Made by a program: the position numbers and the translations under genes. From contig NC_091999.1 in assembly GCF_044704955.1 (NCBI RefSeq), positions 6,820,001 through 6,884,000 of the forward strand: a DNA stretch of 64,000 nucleotides, in the 5' to 3' direction. Shown piece by piece: positions 60,775-64,000 of this stretch. Every line of letters starts with the position of its first letter. Within the stretch, counting starts at the first letter, position 1. Under the pieces are notes generated by a model. The model saw only the letters and a list, made by a program, of their open reading frames with translations, was not told the DNA's origin and searched no databases. Source of the DNA: Pristiophorus japonicus. Taxonomy: Eukaryota.

Positions 60775-61155
60775 CAGCTTGGACTCTCAAAGTTGATCCA
60801 CAGCCACACCAATCGGTCGTATTCTTGTCGCCCTGCTGATCCGTCATTTGGCAGAAGTACCTTGTGGAGTCGCGCCGCGTGGCGTTGGTGATCCGCAGAG
60901 CGATGAACCTCCGCCGAAAGTCCTTCTCCGCCAGGTAGCGGTGGGAGCCCGGGACCACGTAGTTGGGGACCCCCGAATTGGGGCTCCAGAAAACCAGCTG
61001 CTTGATGGCATTGCTCCCCGGGGGCACGTAACCCCAGATCAGGTAGCGGTCGTCGGTATTGCGGGAGAACCGGCACTCCATCCGGACCGACTCACCCTCC
61101 CGGACGCTCATCAAGGTGGACGAGAATCGGAAGTTGCCCCCACCGGAGGTCAGCC
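60775..61155 (-). CDS. Exon encoding leader part 2 plus a complete germline-joined V-J (V-set) Ig domain of an antigen-receptor-like gene
   Basis: Acceptor tctctctcgttattttcAG and donor GCTG|gtaggt; 381 nt, phase 1-1. Translation GLTSGGGNFRFSSTLMSVREGESVRMECRFSRNTDDRYLIWGYVPPG...ALRITNATRRDSTRYFCQMTDQQGDKNTTDWCGCGSTLRVQA has the B-strand Cys, C-strand Trp, DxxxYxC motif and a J-like GxGSxLxV G strand. Confidence 0.93.
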
Positions 61156-61279
61156 CTGAAAATAACGAGAGAGAGAGACGCACTTTGTGAAAACCACGTG
61201 AAACTAACTCAGCAAATGCTGGACCAAGGTAGCTTAGACCTGCTCTGTGCCATTGGTCAAGGTAAACCTGGGGACAGAA

Positions 61280-62035
61280 CCTGGGTTAGACCACACTTGG
61301 AGCACTGTGCACAGTTCTGGTCTCCATATACCTGGGTTAGAACACACTTGGAGCACCGTGCACAGTTCTGGTCTCCATATACCTGGGTTGGACCACACTT
61401 GGAGCACCGTGCACAGTTCTGGTCTCCATATACCTGAGTTAGACCACACTTGGAGCACCGTGCACAGTTCTGGTCTCCATATACCTGGGTTATACCACAC
61501 TTGGAGCACTGTGCACAGTTCTGGTCTCCATATACCTGGGTTAGACCACACTTGGAGCACCGTGCACAGTTCTGGTCTCCATATACCTGGGTTAGACCAC
61601 ACTTGGAGCACCGTGCACAGTTCTGGTCTCCGTATACTTGGGTTAGACCACACTTGGAGCACCGTGCACAGTTCTGGTCTCCATACACCGGGGTTAGACC
61701 ACACTTGGAGCACTGTGCACAGTTCTGGTCTCCATATACCTTGGTTAGACCACACTTGGAGCACCGTGCACAGTTCTGGTCTCCATATACCTGGGTTATA
61801 CCACACTTGGAGCACTGTGCACAGTTCTGGTCTCCGTATACCTGGGTTAGACCACACTTGGAGCACCGTGCACAGTTCTGGTCTCCATATACCTGGGTTA
61901 GACCACACTTGGAGCACTGTGCACAGTTCTGGTCTCCATATACCTGGGTTAGACCACACGGAGCACTGTGCACAGTTCTGGTCTCCGTATACCTGGGTTA
62001 GATCACACTTGGAGCACTGTGCCCAGTTCTGGTCT
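61280..62035 (+). repeat. 51-bp CR1-derived array (about 15 copies), opposite orientation to the other four blocks
   Basis: Unit ctgggttagaccacacttggagcactgtgcacagttctggtctccatatac, continuing into a CR1 3' fragment to about 62375. Confidence 0.95.
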
Positions 62036-64000
62036 CTGTAATTATTAGACGGATATTGAGGCATTGGAGAAGGTGCAATAATGATTGACAAGGATGATGT
62101 CAGAACTGGGAGGTTTTAACTATCAGGAAAGATGGGTCTCTTTTCTCTAGAAAGGAGAAAGCTTGCGGGAGGCCTGATAGAGGGCTCTATAATTATGAAG
62201 CGGTTCGATAGGGTAGACATAGAGAGGATGTTTCCACTTGTGGGGAAGACCAGATCTAGTGGATATAAATAGAAGTTATTCACTGAGGTGATTTGCACAA
62301 GAACGTGAGACGACAGGAGGAAAGACAATTTTGCGCAGTGAGTGGTGAGGGTTTGGAACCTGCTGCCTGAGAGGGTGTGGGACCAGGCCCTCAAATCCAC
62401 CACCAAGCTCATGGTCCACAGGGCTGTAGTGATACCCGCCCTCCTGTATGGCTCAGAGACATGGACCATGTACAGTAGACACCTCAAGTCCCTGGAGAAA
62501 TACCACCAACGCTGTCACCGCAAGATCCTACAAATCCCCCGGGAGGACAGACGCACCAACGTTAGCGTCCTCGACCAGGCCAACATCCCCAGCATCGAAG
62601 CACTGACCACACTCGATCAGCTCCGCTGGGCAGGGCCACATTGTCCGCATGGCCCCCAGACACGAGACTCCCAAAGCAAGCACTCTACTCGGAACTCCTT
62701 CACGGCAAACGAGCCAAAGGTGGGCAGAGGAAACGTTACAAGGGACCACCCTCAAAGCCTGCCTGATAAAGTGCAACATCCCCCACCGACACCCGGGAGT
62801 CCCCGGCCCAAAGACCAGTCCGCCCTCAGTGGAGGAAGTGCATCCGGGAGGGCGCTGAGCACCTCGAGTCTCGTCGCCGAGAGCGTGCAGAAAACAAGCG
62901 CAGGCAGCGGAAGGAGCGTGCGGCAAACCAGTCCCACCCTCCCCTTCCCTCAACCACTGTCTGTCCCACCTGTGACAGGGACTGTGGCTCCCGTATCGGG
63001 CTGTTCAGCCACCTGAGAACTCACTGTTAGAGTGGAAGCAAGTCTTCCTCGATTCCGAGGGACTGCCTCTGATGAGGAGATGGTGGATACAGATTCAATC
63101 GCAGCCTTCGAAGGGGAATTGGAAAATGAGTTGAAGGAGGAGGAAATTGCAGGGGTCCGGGGAACGAGCGGGGAGGAGAGGGACTGACTGGATTGGTCTT
63201 CGAAAGGGTTGGCGTGGACTCGATGGGCCGAATGGCCTCGTGCCGAGCTGCACAATTCTCTGATTCTAACGTACCCAATGGGGAATTCAGCAGCAAACTC
63301 AGTGGCCAGAGAGCGGTGAGAATGTGGTTCTCGCTGCCACAGGGAGTGGTTGTGGCCAATTGTATCGATGCATTTAAGGGGCAGCGAGAGGGAGAACGTA
63401 ACAACAACATCGTGCATTTATATAGCACCTTTAAGGCAGTGAAACGTCTCAAGGCGCTTCACAGGAGTGTTAGGAGATAAAATATTTGACACCGAGCCAC
63501 GTAAGGAGAAATTAGAGCAGGTGACCAAAAGCTGGGTCAATGAGGTGGGTTTTAAGGAGCGTCTTGAAGGAGGAAAGAGAGGTAGAGAGGCGGAGAGGTA
63601 TAGGGAGGGAGTTCCAGAGCTTGGGACCCAGGCAACAGAAGGCACGGCCACCGATGGTGGAGCGATTATAATCAGGGATGGTCAGGAGGGCAGAATTGGA
63701 GGAGTGCAGACGTCTCGGGGGGTTGTGGGGCTGGAGGTTACAGAGATAGGGGAGGGTGTAGGGGCTGGAGGAGGTTACAAAGATAGGGAAGGGTGTAGGG
63801 GCTGGAGGAGGTTACAAAGATAGGGAGGGGTGTAGGGGCTGGAGGAGGTTACAGAGATAGGGAGGGGTGTAGCGGCTAGAGGAGGTTACAGAGATAGGGA
63901 AGTGTGTAGGGGCTGGAGGAGATTGCAGAGATAGGGAGGGGTGTAGGGACTGGAGGGGGTTACAGAGATAGGGAGGGGTGTAGGAGCTTGATGAGGTTAC

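Noticed and set aside
12775-61155. Assigning a gene symbol such as IgM, IgW, IgNAR, TCR or UrIg
   Set aside because: TM and tail lack IgH or TCR consensus, V is not VNAR-truncated or VH-like in framework 2, and UrIg is described without a TM. A database search is needed.
29985-62035. Dozens of perfect CACAGTG heptamers in the 51-bp arrays as RSS for the V exon
   Set aside because: No ACAAAAACC-like nonamer at 12 bp (tctaaccca) or 23 bp (tatatggag). The heptamer is simply part of the CR1 EHCAQ codons.
61156-64000. Leader exon and promoter of the IgSF gene
   Set aside because: This stretch is almost all repeat, and I found no ATG-hydrophobic-GT phase-1 exon. It is probably beyond the window end.

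Overview
Eukaryotic, repeat-dense genomic DNA, almost certainly from a cartilaginous fish (inferred from the CR1/L2/RTE LINE, Deu-domain SINE and satellite families). There is a 200-N assembly gap at 27227-27426. The one host gene I can assemble lies on the minus strand, spans about 12.66-61.16 kb, and has its leader exon outside the window. It is an antigen-receptor-like IgSF gene: a single exon encoding an already joined V-J domain with no RSS (60775-61155), at least four Ig-heavy-chain-like C1-set exons (41121-41438, 39514-39834, 30942-31259, 26920-27226+gap), a transmembrane exon (22748-22885) and two cytoplasmic exons (16756-16837, 12775-12790), followed by an ATTAAA poly(A) signal. All visible splice junctions are GT-AG and phase-compatible. 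The layout resembles a non-rearranging membrane heavy chain (VJ-C4-TM-Cyt, about 630 aa plus leader), but the V, TM and tail do not match IgM/IgW/IgNAR/TCR consensus. The last C exon has a 1-nt frameshift in a G run about 95 bp from the gap. Downstream of the gene (119-11061) is a decayed LTR retrovirus-like provirus with a tRNA-Ser PBS, an integrase remnant and a class I fusion (F-like, lokiretrovirus-type) env. That env can be rebuilt as a stop-free 522-codon frame once three nested insertions are removed. The rest is LINE/SINE fragments, retroelement-derived tandem arrays and two local duplications. Coordinates were read by hand: exon and TSD boundaries are exact, repeat boundaries are approximate. 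Family assignments come from motif recognition, not database searches.
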